Positions 19,147 to 28,520 of a stretch of DNA of 57,447 nt are shown here, piece by piece. The first letter of the stretch is position 1. Each line of letters begins with the position of its first letter. The DNA is from an uncultured Eubacteriales bacterium. GTDB taxonomy: Bacteria > Bacillota > Clostridia > Christensenellales > CAG-138. Where the stretch lies: positions 1-57,447 of the forward strand of contig ONLX01000025.1 in assembly GCA_900318765.1 (NCBI GenBank), given 5' to 3'. A model generated the notes under the pieces. The model had not been told where the DNA came from and searched no databases. It was given only the letters and a program-made list of their open reading frames with translations. Both the position numbers and the translations under genes were made by a program.

Positions 19147-20361
19147 TTACTGATGATAGGTTTGCAGAAAATCCGCAAGCTCCGTTGCCGCAAGCTTCAG
19201 ATCCTCAATGCACGGGAGATAGATCAGGCGGAAATGATCCGGCTTCGGCCAGTGAAACCCACCGCCATGCGTAAACAATATCTTCTTTTCCCGCAGAAAG
19301 TCGAGTACGAATTTCTCATCGTCTATGATGTGGAACCGCTCCACATCCAGCTTCGGGAACATATAGAACGCCGCCTTCGGCTTCACCACCGAAACGCCGG
19401 GGATCGCGTTGATCGCGTGATAGATGTACTCGCGCTGATCGTAGACGCGTCCGCCGGGGACGAGCAGCTCTTCCGTAGAATCCAGATGCTCGAGTGCAAC
19501 CGGGATCAGCGACTGCGCAGGCACGTTTGAGCAAAGCCGCATCGACGAAAGCAGATTGATCCCTTCAATATATCCTTTGGCCCGGGACTTATCGCCGCAG
19601 AGCGCCATCCAGCCGCATCGATATCCCGCGATCAGGTGCGATTTGCTGAGCCCGTTCAAGGAAACCGTCATCAGATCCGGCGCGAGCGACGCAAGCGCCG
19701 TATGCTTCCGCCCGTCCATCACAAGGCGATCGTAAATCTCATCGGCAAACAGAATCAGATCGTGTTCGCGCGCAAGCTGAACGATTCCCTTCAGAATCTC
19801 ATCGGGGTAGAGCGCGCCGGTCGGGTTGTTCGGATTGATTACAACGATCGCTTTCGTTTTCGACGTGATCTTCGATGCCATATCCTTCAGGTCCGGGTTC
19901 CATTCGCTCGCCTCATCGCAGAGATAATGCACCGCCGCACCGCCCGCAAGCGTGACGGACGCGGTCCAAAGCGGATAATCCGGCGAAGGCACCAGCACCT
20001 CGTCCCCGTTGTTCAGCAGCGCCTGCATGGAAAGCTGAATCAGCTCCGAAACGCCGTTGCCGGTATAAATATCGTTGATCGTAACGTTCGGAAGCCCCTT
20101 CTTACGGCAATAGCCGAGGATCGCTTCGCGCGCGGCAGGCAGACCTTTCGAATCGGAATACCCCTCCGTATTCGGGAGATTCCGGCTCATGCATTCCAGA
20201 ATCGCGTCGGGCGCGCGGAATCCGAACGGCGCGGGATTGCCGATGTTCAAGCGGACGATCCGCTCCCCCGCTTCCATCATGCGGTTGGCCTCGTCCATCA
20301 CCGGTCCGCGGATATCATAACAAACATGATCCAGTTTCGTGGATTTTTCAAAGGTTTTCAT
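19147..20361 (-). CDS. alaA: PLP-dependent aminotransferase class I/II, AlaA type
   Basis: KSTKLDHVCYDIRGPV, LNIGNPAPFGF, INPNNPTG, DEIYD, NGLSKS. Confidence 0.88.
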   Translation of the reverse strand: MKTFEKSTKLDHVCYDIRGPVMDEANRMMEAGERIVRLNIGNPAPFGFRAPDAILECMSRNLPNTEGYSDSKGLPAAREAILGYCRKKGLPNVTINDIYTGNGVSELIQLSMQALLNNGDEVLVPSPDYPLWTASVTLAGGAAVHYLCDEASEWNPDLKDMASKITSKTKAIVVINPNNPTGALYPDEILKGIVQLAREHDLILFADEIYDRLVMDGRKHTALASLAPDLMTVSLNGLSKSHLIAGYRCGWMALCGDKSRAKGYIEGINLLSSMRLCSNVPAQSLIPVALEHLDSTEELLVPGGRVYDQREYIYHAINAIPGVSVVKPKAAFYMFPKLDVERFHIIDDEKFVLDFLREKKILFTHGGGFHWPKPDHFRLIYLPCIEDLKLAATELADFLQTYHQ

Positions 20362-20424
20362 GTGTTTCTCTCCGTCTCAAAATTAAACTATATAGTATGC
20401 TTCTTTTCAAGGTTTGTCAAGTCC

Positions 20425-21291
20425 TTACCGAAGCGGCAGGTATTCGATGAACTTGCGCACCGCCGCCGAGACATCCTTGCGGCTGCGCAGCGTCAGTCCG
20501 ATGCGCCGCGTTGCGGGAACGTCCAGCTCGCGTACTGCAATCCGGTACGGTGCACGCCGCAAGATCAACTCCGGGACGATGCTGATTCCGAGCCCCGCTT
20601 CCACCATCGACATGACCGCGTAATCATCCCACGTTGTAAAATGGACGTTCGGCTTCAATCCGTTTCGCTCAAAGATTTCGGACACCTCCGCCTTTGCCCC
20701 CTTCTCAAGCAGCATGAACGGTTCCTCGCAGAGCGATGCGAGCGGAACACGCTCGTACGCCGTCAGCGGATGGTGTTCCGGCAAGATTGCCACCAGTCGA
20801 TCCTGCTCGAGATAGATCTCCTCCAAATCCGGCAGCGTCGGCAGCCGATTGAACCCGCAGTCCACTGCGCCCGACTGCACCCATGCCTCGATCTCCGTAT
20901 AATCGCCGAGCAAAATCTCATACCCGATGTTCGGATAATCCTTCTGAAACTCCCGGATGATGTTTGGCAGCCAATACGTCGCCGCGCTCGAAAACGTCCC
21001 GATTCGGATCAGCCCCGATTGCAGACCGTTCAATGCATCCACCTCCATCCGCAGCTTCTCCGCATCCTCCAGAAGCCGCTTCACCCGAGGCATCAGCACC
21101 GTTCCGTCCGACGTTAACCGCACGCCGCTCTTGCTGCGTTCCAAAAGGCTCAGTTTCCATTCCGACTCCAGATCGGAAATCATCCGGCTGATGCCGGACT
21201 GTGTATAATTCATCCGTTCCGCCGCTTTGGTCAGACTTCCACACTCCGCCGCCGTCCAAAATGCCCGGTATTTCTGCATGCCCGTATCCAT
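20425..21291 (-). CDS. LysR-family transcriptional regulator
   Basis: GSLTKAAERMNYTQSGISRMI HTH, LLERSKSGVRLT; divergent from putP. Confidence 0.92.
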   Translation of the reverse strand: MDTGMQKYRAFWTAAECGSLTKAAERMNYTQSGISRMISDLESEWKLSLLERSKSGVRLTSDGTVLMPRVKRLLEDAEKLRMEVDALNGLQSGLIRIGTFSSAATYWLPNIIREFQKDYPNIGYEILLGDYTEIEAWVQSGAVDCGFNRLPTLPDLEEIYLEQDRLVAILPEHHPLTAYERVPLASLCEEPFMLLEKGAKAEVSEIFERNGLKPNVHFTTWDDYAVMSMVEAGLGISIVPELILRRAPYRIAVRELDVPATRRIGLTLRSRKDVSAAVRKFIEYLPLR

Positions 21292-21412
21292 TCTCGTTTC
21301 CTCATCGATTCCGTTTTTTCATGGATATTATGCGATTTCTTCGCTTTTCTCATGGATAAACCTATGATACGATATTTTCCAATCCATTGCAAGCAAAATT
21401 TGGAGGAATGAC

Positions 21413-22858
21413 ATGGAACTGATCGTATTTATTCTGTATCTGGTGTTTATGATCGGCATCGGCGTCTACTTCTTCCTGCGCACCAAGAACGGTGGAGAAA
21501 AGATGTATTTTCTCGGCGGGCGGAAGATGGGCCCCTGGGTGACGGCGTTGTCCGCCGGCGCTTCGGATATGAGTGCATGGGTGCTGATGGGTCTGCCGAC
21601 GGCTGTGTTCTCGCTCGGGCTCGGGCAGATCTGGATTCCGATCGGTCTGCTGCTCGGCTATAGCCTGAGTTGGCTGCTTGAAGCGCCGCGGCTGCGGAAA
21701 TTCAGCCTTGCAGCCAACGACTCGATCACGATCCCGCAATACCTCACGAACCGTTTCCTGTCCAAATCGAAATCTCTGCAGGTAATCTGCGCCGCCGTCT
21801 TTCTCTTTGCCTACACGATCTATGCCGCCTCCTCCATCAAGGCGTGCGGCACACTGTTCCATACGGTGATCGGGATCGACGCCAACACGGCCATGTACCT
21901 TGCCGCGGCAATCATCGTCGCCTACACGTTCTTCGGCGGCTTCTCCGCGGTTTGTTGGACGGACTTCTTCCAGGGGCTTCTGATGCTCGGCGCGCTGCTG
22001 CTTGCCCCGATCTTCGCGCTCGGCGCGTTGAACCTGACCGAAAGCGCCTCTGCGATTCCCGCCGACTTTTTTAACCCGTTTTCGGATTGGAAGAGCATCG
22101 TTTCGGGGCTCGGCTGGGGGCTCGGCTATTTCGGAATGCCGCACATCATTGTCCGGTTTCTGTCGCTGCGTTCACAGAAGGAGATGAAAAAATCCGCATT
22201 CATCGGTATCGGTTGGACGCTTTTGATTCTCGGCTTCGCGACGGCGGTCGGCGTGGTCGGCCGCATGATGTTCGGCGCATCGGATGCGATTGCAGAGAAT
22301 TCGACGGTTTTCATCCAGATGGTTCGGCAGCTGTTCCCTGCGATTCTCTCGGGCATTCTGCTGTCGGCAGTGCTTGCCGCTTCGATGAGCACGGCAGACA
22401 GTCAATTGCTCTCGGCGGCCTCGGCGTTGGCGAGCGACGTGTATCAACCGATCCTGCGGAAGCATCGCGCAAGCGATCGGGAGATGCAGTGGGTCGGTCG
22501 GCTCGTCGTGCTTGCAATTGCCATTGCCGCGCTCTCTTTGGCGGCTTTTCCCGGCTCCGGCTCGATTATGAGTCTCGTTGAGAACGCATGGGGCATCTTC
22601 GGTGCCGCGTTCGGTCCCGCAATCCTGCTGAGCCTCTTCTGGAAACGGTTCACGTTCTCCGGCGCGATCGCGGGGATTGTGACCGGCGCAGCGGTCGATC
22701 TTCTGTGGCTGCTGTTCTGCTCCGGCACCGGGATTTACGAAATTATCCCCGGGTTCTTAGCCGGCACAATTGCGGCGGTGCTGGTCACGCTGCTTTCCAA
22801 AAAGCCTTCCGAAGAGATCGAAGCGCTGTTCGATCGCGCCGTTGCCTACGAGGATTAA
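21413..22858 (+). CDS. putP: Sodium/proline symporter (SSS family)
   Basis: YFLGGR, ALSAGASDMSAWVLMGLP, WTDFFQG, LGYFGMPH, AASMSTADSQLL. Confidence 0.88.
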   Translation: MELIVFILYLVFMIGIGVYFFLRTKNGGEKMYFLGGRKMGPWVTALSAGASDMSAWVLMGLPTAVFSLGLGQIWIPIGLLLGYSLSWLLEAPRLRKFSLAANDSITIPQYLTNRFLSKSKSLQVICAAVFLFAYTIYAASSIKACGTLFHTVIGIDANTAMYLAAAIIVAYTFFGGFSAVCWTDFFQGLLMLGALLLAPIFALGALNLTESASAIPADFFNPFSDWKSIVSGLGWGLGYFGMPHIIVRFLSLRSQKEMKKSAFIGIGWTLLILGFATAVGVVGRMMFGASDAIAENSTVFIQMVRQLFPAILSGILLSAVLAASMSTADSQLLSAASALASDVYQPILRKHRASDREMQWVGRLVVLAIAIAALSLAAFPGSGSIMSLVENAWGIFGAAFGPAILLSLFWKRFTFSGAIAGIVTGAAVDLLWLLFCSGTGIYEIIPGFLAGTIAAVLVTLLSKKPSEEIEALFDRAVAYED

Positions 22859-22871
22859 TCCAAAAAATATT

Positions 22872-22907
22872 TGCTCGCCCGATGAATCATCGGGCGAGCA
22901 TTCTTTT
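22872..22907. terminator. Terminator between putP and resC
   Basis: TGCTCGCCCGATGA-A-TCATCGGGCGAGCA stem. Confidence 0.8.
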
Positions 22908-22920
22908 GCCGAAAACCGAA

Positions 22921-23736
22921 TTATTTGTAGCTGTGTACGCCGGGCAAAAACGTGTTGACGCCGATATACGTGAAAATCACGCAGACGAATCCGACGATCG
23001 CGAAGATCGCCGCGGTCTTGCCGCGCCAGCCTCTGCGAATCCTCAGGTGCAGGTAGATCGCGTAGATGATCCACGTAACCAGTGACCAGGTCTCCTTCGG
23101 ATCCCATGACCAGTAGCTTCCCCACGCGCGCTCCGCCCAGATCGCGCCGGTGATGATCGTGAACGTCAGAAACAGCAAACCGAGGGCAACGCTGCGGTAG
23201 CTGATCAGATCAAGCTTTTCGCGGTTCGGAATGTGCTGATCGAAAAAGCTCCCTTCCTTCGCCCGATCGCGCAGCAAAAAGAGAATCGACAGAACGAACG
23301 AAACGCCGAACGCGCCGTACGCAATGATGGCGGTTGAAACGTGGAACCCGAGCCAGTTGCTTTGGAGCGCGGGCATCAGTTCATGCACATCCTTCGACTG
23401 CATCGCCGCATACCCGATCACGAGGAACGTTACCGGCGCGGCAAACGCGCCGAGCACCGGGAACCGGAAGCGCAAAATGAAGATCAGGCTGACCAGGCAC
23501 AGTCCCCACGCAAATGCCGTCGCGAACTCATACTGATTGGTGAGCGGCAGTCGCCCCGCGCCGATTCCGCGGCAGATCAGCGCTGCGGTATGCAGCACCA
23601 GTCCCGCAATCTGCAGTCCGATCGCGATCTTGCTGAGCAAATCTTTTTTGATTGCAAGATACGTAAAGTACAGAATCATCGCCGCAAAGTACAGCAGCAT
23701 GACGATCGTAAACAGCGTATTTTCCACCTGAAGCAT
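22921..23736 (-). CDS. resC: Cytochrome c biogenesis system II haem lyase subunit ResC (CcsA/CcsB nomenclature varies)
   Basis: WWD motif WAERAWGSYWSWDPKET; LQSNWLGFH, YLH and C-terminal GVHSY His ligands. Confidence 0.93.
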   Translation of the reverse strand: MLQVENTLFTIVMLLYFAAMILYFTYLAIKKDLLSKIAIGLQIAGLVLHTAALICRGIGAGRLPLTNQYEFATAFAWGLCLVSLIFILRFRFPVLGAFAAPVTFLVIGYAAMQSKDVHELMPALQSNWLGFHVSTAIIAYGAFGVSFVLSILFLLRDRAKEGSFFDQHIPNREKLDLISYRSVALGLLFLTFTIITGAIWAERAWGSYWSWDPKETWSLVTWIIYAIYLHLRIRRGWRGKTAAIFAIVGFVCVIFTYIGVNTFLPGVHSYK

Positions 23737-23742
23737 CGTTTT

Positions 23743-25041
23743 TTACTCCTTTTCGTTCTTGGAAGCCGCTTGCAAAAATGTTTCCCGATACAGCGTCCCG
23801 CGCTTGCGGCAATGGTCATGCACCGTCCATGTTCCGTCGTCCGCCTGCTCCGCCCATACGGCCTGTGGGAACAGGTAAAACGCCAGCAGCAGACCGAGCA
23901 TCGTCACGATTCCTCCGACAAATGCCAGCCACGTAAACGAGTCGCGCTTGATCTGAATCAGCGTATAGTTCTGCGGCGCAGAGAACGTCACCGTATAATC
24001 GTCGATCGTGAGCTTCTCCCCCGCCATCAGCACGTTCATGCCGATCATCTCCCCTCGGTAGTATACCGAATACAGATAGGCGGGATTCTTCAGACTGCTT
24101 GACAGCGTCTTCGGGCCCTCACCGGGAACCAACGCATAGTCCGGATAGAACGCATTGAAGAAGACGACCAGTTCCGGCAAATCCCTGACCGTGAGATATT
24201 CCCCGGCGCAAAGGATTTCGCTCTGTAAGGGCTGTTCCGCTTTCCAAACATCCACCTGTGCGGCCCATCCCGTGGCGTTCTGATAGAACGTCATGCCAAG
24301 CAGCCTGCCCGGATGGTTGACCGAAATCGTCGCGCTCTGTTGATCCGGCACGCTTGTACTGCCCTGCGGCATGCGAAACACCGTGATGTCCGCCGTGTAC
24401 TGCTCTACGGTTTCGTCCTCGCGAAGGGCAACTCGAAAATCGTCAATGCGCAGCGTCAGCCCCGTATCGGCAATCGGTTTCTCCTGGCCCGGCACGCCGT
24501 AGACCGTAAACTCCTTCTTGGTCATTTGCCCGAGCCCGAAGCCGAGAATCAGCAGCAGAATGCCGAGATGGCACACCCACGCGCCCCAAAGCCCGGCCCG
24601 ATTCTTTGCGGAAAACAGAATCGTTTTCCCGTTTGCCTCCACACGCTTCGGCTTCGGCATCCTAAGCCTATGAAAAACGCCTTCCGGGTCGGAAATCCCG
24701 GACGCCGACGCATCCGGTTCCGTTCCGAGATACGATGCCGCGTCATTTGCCGCCTTTGTCCGGCGGATCAAGGAGCCGAGCCGCAGTACGTTGCAAAGCA
24801 GCAGGTTTGCGCACAAAAAAGCGGTAATTGCGATAAACCACCAACTGTGAAACGCGTCGTCCAGGTGCAGCGCAACGATCCATGCGGCCGCCGTCTCGGA
24901 ATACGTTGCGGCATACCATTCATACGTCTGCCCCTGTGTAACAAAGCTGCCCACCGCGCACGCGACGACCAGCAATCCCAGCAGAAGGATCGCAAACGTC
25001 ATCGAAGACAGAAACTTCCAAATTTTCTTTACGACTTCCAT
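23743..25041 (-). CDS. resB: Cytochrome c biogenesis system II protein ResB (Ccs1)
   Basis: FLSSMTFAILLL, FHSWWF, CHLGILLLILG (TM His), ISVNHP..FYQ, C-terminal TM. Confidence 0.88.
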   Translation of the reverse strand: MEVVKKIWKFLSSMTFAILLLGLLVVACAVGSFVTQGQTYEWYAATYSETAAAWIVALHLDDAFHSWWFIAITAFLCANLLLCNVLRLGSLIRRTKAANDAASYLGTEPDASASGISDPEGVFHRLRMPKPKRVEANGKTILFSAKNRAGLWGAWVCHLGILLLILGFGLGQMTKKEFTVYGVPGQEKPIADTGLTLRIDDFRVALREDETVEQYTADITVFRMPQGSTSVPDQQSATISVNHPGRLLGMTFYQNATGWAAQVDVWKAEQPLQSEILCAGEYLTVRDLPELVVFFNAFYPDYALVPGEGPKTLSSSLKNPAYLYSVYYRGEMIGMNVLMAGEKLTIDDYTVTFSAPQNYTLIQIKRDSFTWLAFVGGIVTMLGLLLAFYLFPQAVWAEQADDGTWTVHDHCRKRGTLYRETFLQAASKNEKE

Positions 25042-25100
25042 ATTCCAAAAAAGAGCGGCGGAAATCCATCCATCAGATCCCCGCCGCTGTTCATACGAGT

Positions 25101-26408
25101 TTACTTTCCGAGCAGTTCCATCCCCTCGGCAATCTTCGCGTCGGATGTGTCCAAACAATAGAATGCAAGTTCGGAATTGTGCGCGCCCTCGGCATTCTCC
25201 ACGTAACAGAAGTCAAAGTACCACTGTGCTTCCCGATAGAGTTTCCGAACCGCGTCGAGTTCTTCTTCGCTCATCGTTCCGGCCGCAACCGTATCCGCAA
25301 GCGCGTCGTTGAATGCCGCAAGCCGGTTGCCGACCTCCGTCTCCCGTTCCGTAACTCTGCTCTGGAGCCGCGTCACCATGTTGACCATATCGGTATCGCC
25401 GTGGCATTCGGCACAGGTGCTGAGCAGCGTCTTGTTTTCGAGCGGACTGACGATATAGTGGCTGTGATAGATCGTTCCGTCCTCCGCCTGCTCAATCGGC
25501 ATATGGCAATCGGCACAGTTCAACAGGTTCGCATGCGGCCCTGCAAGATACGTCTCGAGTTCGGGATGCTGTGCCTTCAGAAGCTTTGCGCCCGTACTCT
25601 CCTGCACCCAATCATAGAAGCCGACGGATCCATCCGGAAGCACCATCGTATCGTAATACGCCAAAATCGTGTCCGGCGACATCGACGCAACATCGTGATA
25701 CGGCATCATCGTTTCCTTATCGGTCGGCGTGAAGTAATACTCGATGTGGCATTGCCCGCAGGACAGCGTGGCGGGATCGATCGAACTTGTTGCATCCTGA
25801 AGTGCCTTCGTCACGTAGGAGTGCGTGATCGTGATCTGCCCTTTGTTGCCCGCGTCGTTTCCGTGGCAGGTATAGCAGCTGATCGCCTCCTCCATATTCG
25901 CCATTACCTCATCGAATGACATCGTATATACGCCGATGCCCTGGTCGTTGACAAGCTTGGTGAAGTTTGGCGTCTTGCAGGTCAAGCAGTTTGCGTTCGC
26001 ATGCGGGCGCAGCGTCTGATCCACGTCCAAAAGCGTATACGCATGCCCGCGCGCGCTGCCGTAATCCTTCGCAAATCCATACCCCTCATAGATATTCACG
26101 AGGTACGGATCCTGTTCGAGATAGTCGATCACATAGGTGTTTTTCGCGTTGTCGCCCATCGTAGCCACAATGTACGGATACGCCTTTGCCCAGTCCCCGG
26201 CGTTGATCGTTCCGTCCTTGCTCGTTGCTGCAGGAGCCTCGACCGTTTGATACGAAATATCCGAACGGGTCAGCGGACCGAGGCTGTCGCGGTTTTCCAG
26301 ATGATACAGAATCTCTTTTCCGCCGATCACGCCGCAAAGGAACAGCACCGCGATCGCAACGACGATCCCTGCGATGATCAGTTTTGCCGCCTGATTTCGT
26401 TTCTCCAT
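25101..26408 (-). CDS. nrfA: Ammonia-forming pentahaem cytochrome c nitrite reductase NrfA (c552)
   Basis: CLTCK plus CYTCH, CGQCH, CADCH, CAECH; GYGFAKDY..RGH, HIEYYF, KAQHPE, ENAEGAHN; N-terminal hydrophobic helix. Confidence 0.93.
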   Translation of the reverse strand: MEKRNQAAKLIIAGIVVAIAVLFLCGVIGGKEILYHLENRDSLGPLTRSDISYQTVEAPAATSKDGTINAGDWAKAYPYIVATMGDNAKNTYVIDYLEQDPYLVNIYEGYGFAKDYGSARGHAYTLLDVDQTLRPHANANCLTCKTPNFTKLVNDQGIGVYTMSFDEVMANMEEAISCYTCHGNDAGNKGQITITHSYVTKALQDATSSIDPATLSCGQCHIEYYFTPTDKETMMPYHDVASMSPDTILAYYDTMVLPDGSVGFYDWVQESTGAKLLKAQHPELETYLAGPHANLLNCADCHMPIEQAEDGTIYHSHYIVSPLENKTLLSTCAECHGDTDMVNMVTRLQSRVTERETEVGNRLAAFNDALADTVAAGTMSEEELDAVRKLYREAQWYFDFCYVENAEGAHNSELAFYCLDTSDAKIAEGMELLGK

Positions 26409-26423
26409 CGAATCCCCCTCCCG

Positions 26424-27242
26424 TTATGCCGGAATCTCTTCAGCCTTCTCCGCCTTCGGCGGGAGAATGACCTGGACCGGGCACTTTTGGACGCACTTGC
26501 CGCATTGCGTGCAGTTCTCATAGCGAACGTGCGCAAGGTTGTTCTCCACCGTGATCGCTTCAAACGCGCATTGCTTCACGCAAAGGCTGCAGCCGATGCA
26601 TCCCGCCGAGCATACCTTCTTGACCAGCGGTCCCTTCTCCTTGTTCGAGCACTGCACGCGAACGCGCTTGCTCACAGGCACCAGCTCGATCAGCCCTTTC
26701 GGGCAGGCTTTGACGCAGAGTCCGCACTCGACGCAAAGCGCGTCGTTGACGACCGCAACGCCGTCCACAATCGAAATCGCGTTCTGCGGGCAGACCTGCA
26801 CGCACGAGCCGAGTCCGATGCAGCCGTAATCGCATTCGGCCAGGTTCATTCCGGACAGCACCGCCGCGCGGCAATCCGGAATTCCGACGTACTGTCCTTG
26901 ATTTTTCGTAACTTCACAGGTGCCTTTGCAGCGGACAAACGCCGCCCTGCGCTCGGGCATCTCCGCATTTTCGCCCATGATGCCGCCGATCCGCTCCGCA
27001 ACCGGAGCGCCTCCGACCGGGCAGACGTTTGAAGGCGCATCCCCTGCGACGATCGCCGCAGCCGCCGCGTCGCAGCCCGCGAATCCGCAGGCGCCGCAGT
27101 TATTGCCGGGCAGGCATTCGCGCACGGCCGCCTCGCGCTCATCGACCTCGACATGGAATTTCTTGCCGGTAATGACCAGTCCGACACCGACGACGATGCC
27201 AATCACCGTAATGACGGCGGTGGTAATCAGAATAATCTCCAT
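26424..27242 (-). CDS. rnfB: Rnf complex subunit B (polyferredoxin)
   Basis: N-terminal TM, CLPGNNCGACGFAGC, four further CxxCxxCxxxC-type motifs. Confidence 0.93.
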   Translation of the reverse strand: MEIILITTAVITVIGIVVGVGLVITGKKFHVEVDEREAAVRECLPGNNCGACGFAGCDAAAAAIVAGDAPSNVCPVGGAPVAERIGGIMGENAEMPERRAAFVRCKGTCEVTKNQGQYVGIPDCRAAVLSGMNLAECDYGCIGLGSCVQVCPQNAISIVDGVAVVNDALCVECGLCVKACPKGLIELVPVSKRVRVQCSNKEKGPLVKKVCSAGCIGCSLCVKQCAFEAITVENNLAHVRYENCTQCGKCVQKCPVQVILPPKAEKAEEIPA

Positions 27243-27254
27243 CGCACACCTCCG

Positions 27255-27833
27255 TCAGAACGAAAGACCCGAAAAGCCCATGAACGCAATCGACATCAAC
27301 GCCGCCGAGATGAGAACGATCGGCGCTCCGCGCAGCGGCGCGGGCAGATCCTCCTCACGGATCCGGGTACGGATACTGGCCAGAAGCACGATTGCCAGCG
27401 TGTAGCCGACCGCGGTTCCGAATCCCGCCAAAACGCTCTCGAGGAAATTGTACTCGTTCTGCACGTTCGTCAGCGCAACGCCGAGCACAGCGCAGTTCGT
27501 CGTAATTAGCGGAAGATAGATGCCGAGCGATTTATACAAGGCGGGCGACGTCTTTTTGAGAAACATTTCAACGATCTGAACGAGCGCGGCAATGACCAGA
27601 ATGAAAACGATCGTCTTCATAAAGTCGAGACCGAGCGGTTTCAGAACGAAATCATAGAGCAGGCTCGCCACGGCGGACGCGATCGTCATAACAAAGATGA
27701 CCGCCATACCGAGGCTTGCCGAAGCCTTCATCTGCTTCGAAACGCCGAGGAAGGAGCAGATGCCGAGGAACTGGTTCAATACCACATTGTTGATCAGCGC
27801 GCCGCCGATCATAATCAGAATCAGCTCTTTCAT
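27255..27833 (-). CDS. rnfA: Rnf complex subunit A
   Basis: NNVVLNQFLGIC, GIYLPLITTNCAVLG. Confidence 0.93.
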   Translation of the reverse strand: MKELILIMIGGALINNVVLNQFLGICSFLGVSKQMKASASLGMAVIFVMTIASAVASLLYDFVLKPLGLDFMKTIVFILVIAALVQIVEMFLKKTSPALYKSLGIYLPLITTNCAVLGVALTNVQNEYNFLESVLAGFGTAVGYTLAIVLLASIRTRIREEDLPAPLRGAPIVLISAALMSIAFMGFSGLSF

Positions 27834-28519
27834 TTGGCATCCTCCTCCGCATCCTCACAGCGCTGTGCGCAGGTTGCGCAGCACCCGTCACATGTGGTGT
27901 TCTCGACGAGCTTGCGCTGCCGGGTCTTGATGCCGATGGCGTTCATGATCGCGATGAACAGCGCAAGCACGAAGAACGCTCCCGGAGGTTGTACGAAGAT
28001 TCCGATCGGTTCCACGCCGGGCAGATATTGAATGAAGTTGAATCCGAACGCCGAGCCGCTTCCGAGCACCTCACGGACGAGTCCCGCCGCCGTCAGCGCG
28101 ATCGTAAAGCCGAGGCCCATTCCGATTCCGTCCATCACGGCGAGCCCGGGCGTATGCTTGTTTGCGTACGCTTCCGCACGGCCGAGGATGATGCAATTTA
28201 CGACGATCAGCGGAATATAGATGCCGAGCGCGCTGTACAGCGCAGGTAAGTAGGCTTCGATCAGCAGTTCCGTCACCGTAACAAGCGATGCCACGATTAC
28301 GATGTAGGCCGGAAGGCGCACCTCATCCGGAATCACCTTCCGGAGCAGCGAAATCACAAAGTTCGAAAGGATCAGAACCGCCGTGGTCGAGATGCCCATG
28401 CCGACGCCGTTCATTGCGGTGGTCGAAACCGCGAGCGTCGGGCACATGCCGAGCATCAGCACCAGGGTCGGATTCTCTTTGATCAGGCCGTTATACAGCC
28501 GTTCCACATAACGGTTCAT
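27830..28519 (-). CDS. rnfE: Rnf complex subunit E
   Basis: ENPTLVLMLGMCPTLAV, IPLIVVNCIILGRAEA, PPGAF; Cys-rich tail. Confidence 0.93.
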   Translation of the reverse strand: MNRYVERLYNGLIKENPTLVLMLGMCPTLAVSTTAMNGVGMGISTTAVLILSNFVISLLRKVIPDEVRLPAYIVIVASLVTVTELLIEAYLPALYSALGIYIPLIVVNCIILGRAEAYANKHTPGLAVMDGIGMGLGFTIALTAAGLVREVLGSGSAFGFNFIQYLPGVEPIGIFVQPPGAFFVLALFIAIMNAIGIKTRQRKLVENTTCDGCCATCAQRCEDAEEDAK

Positions 28520-28520
28520 A

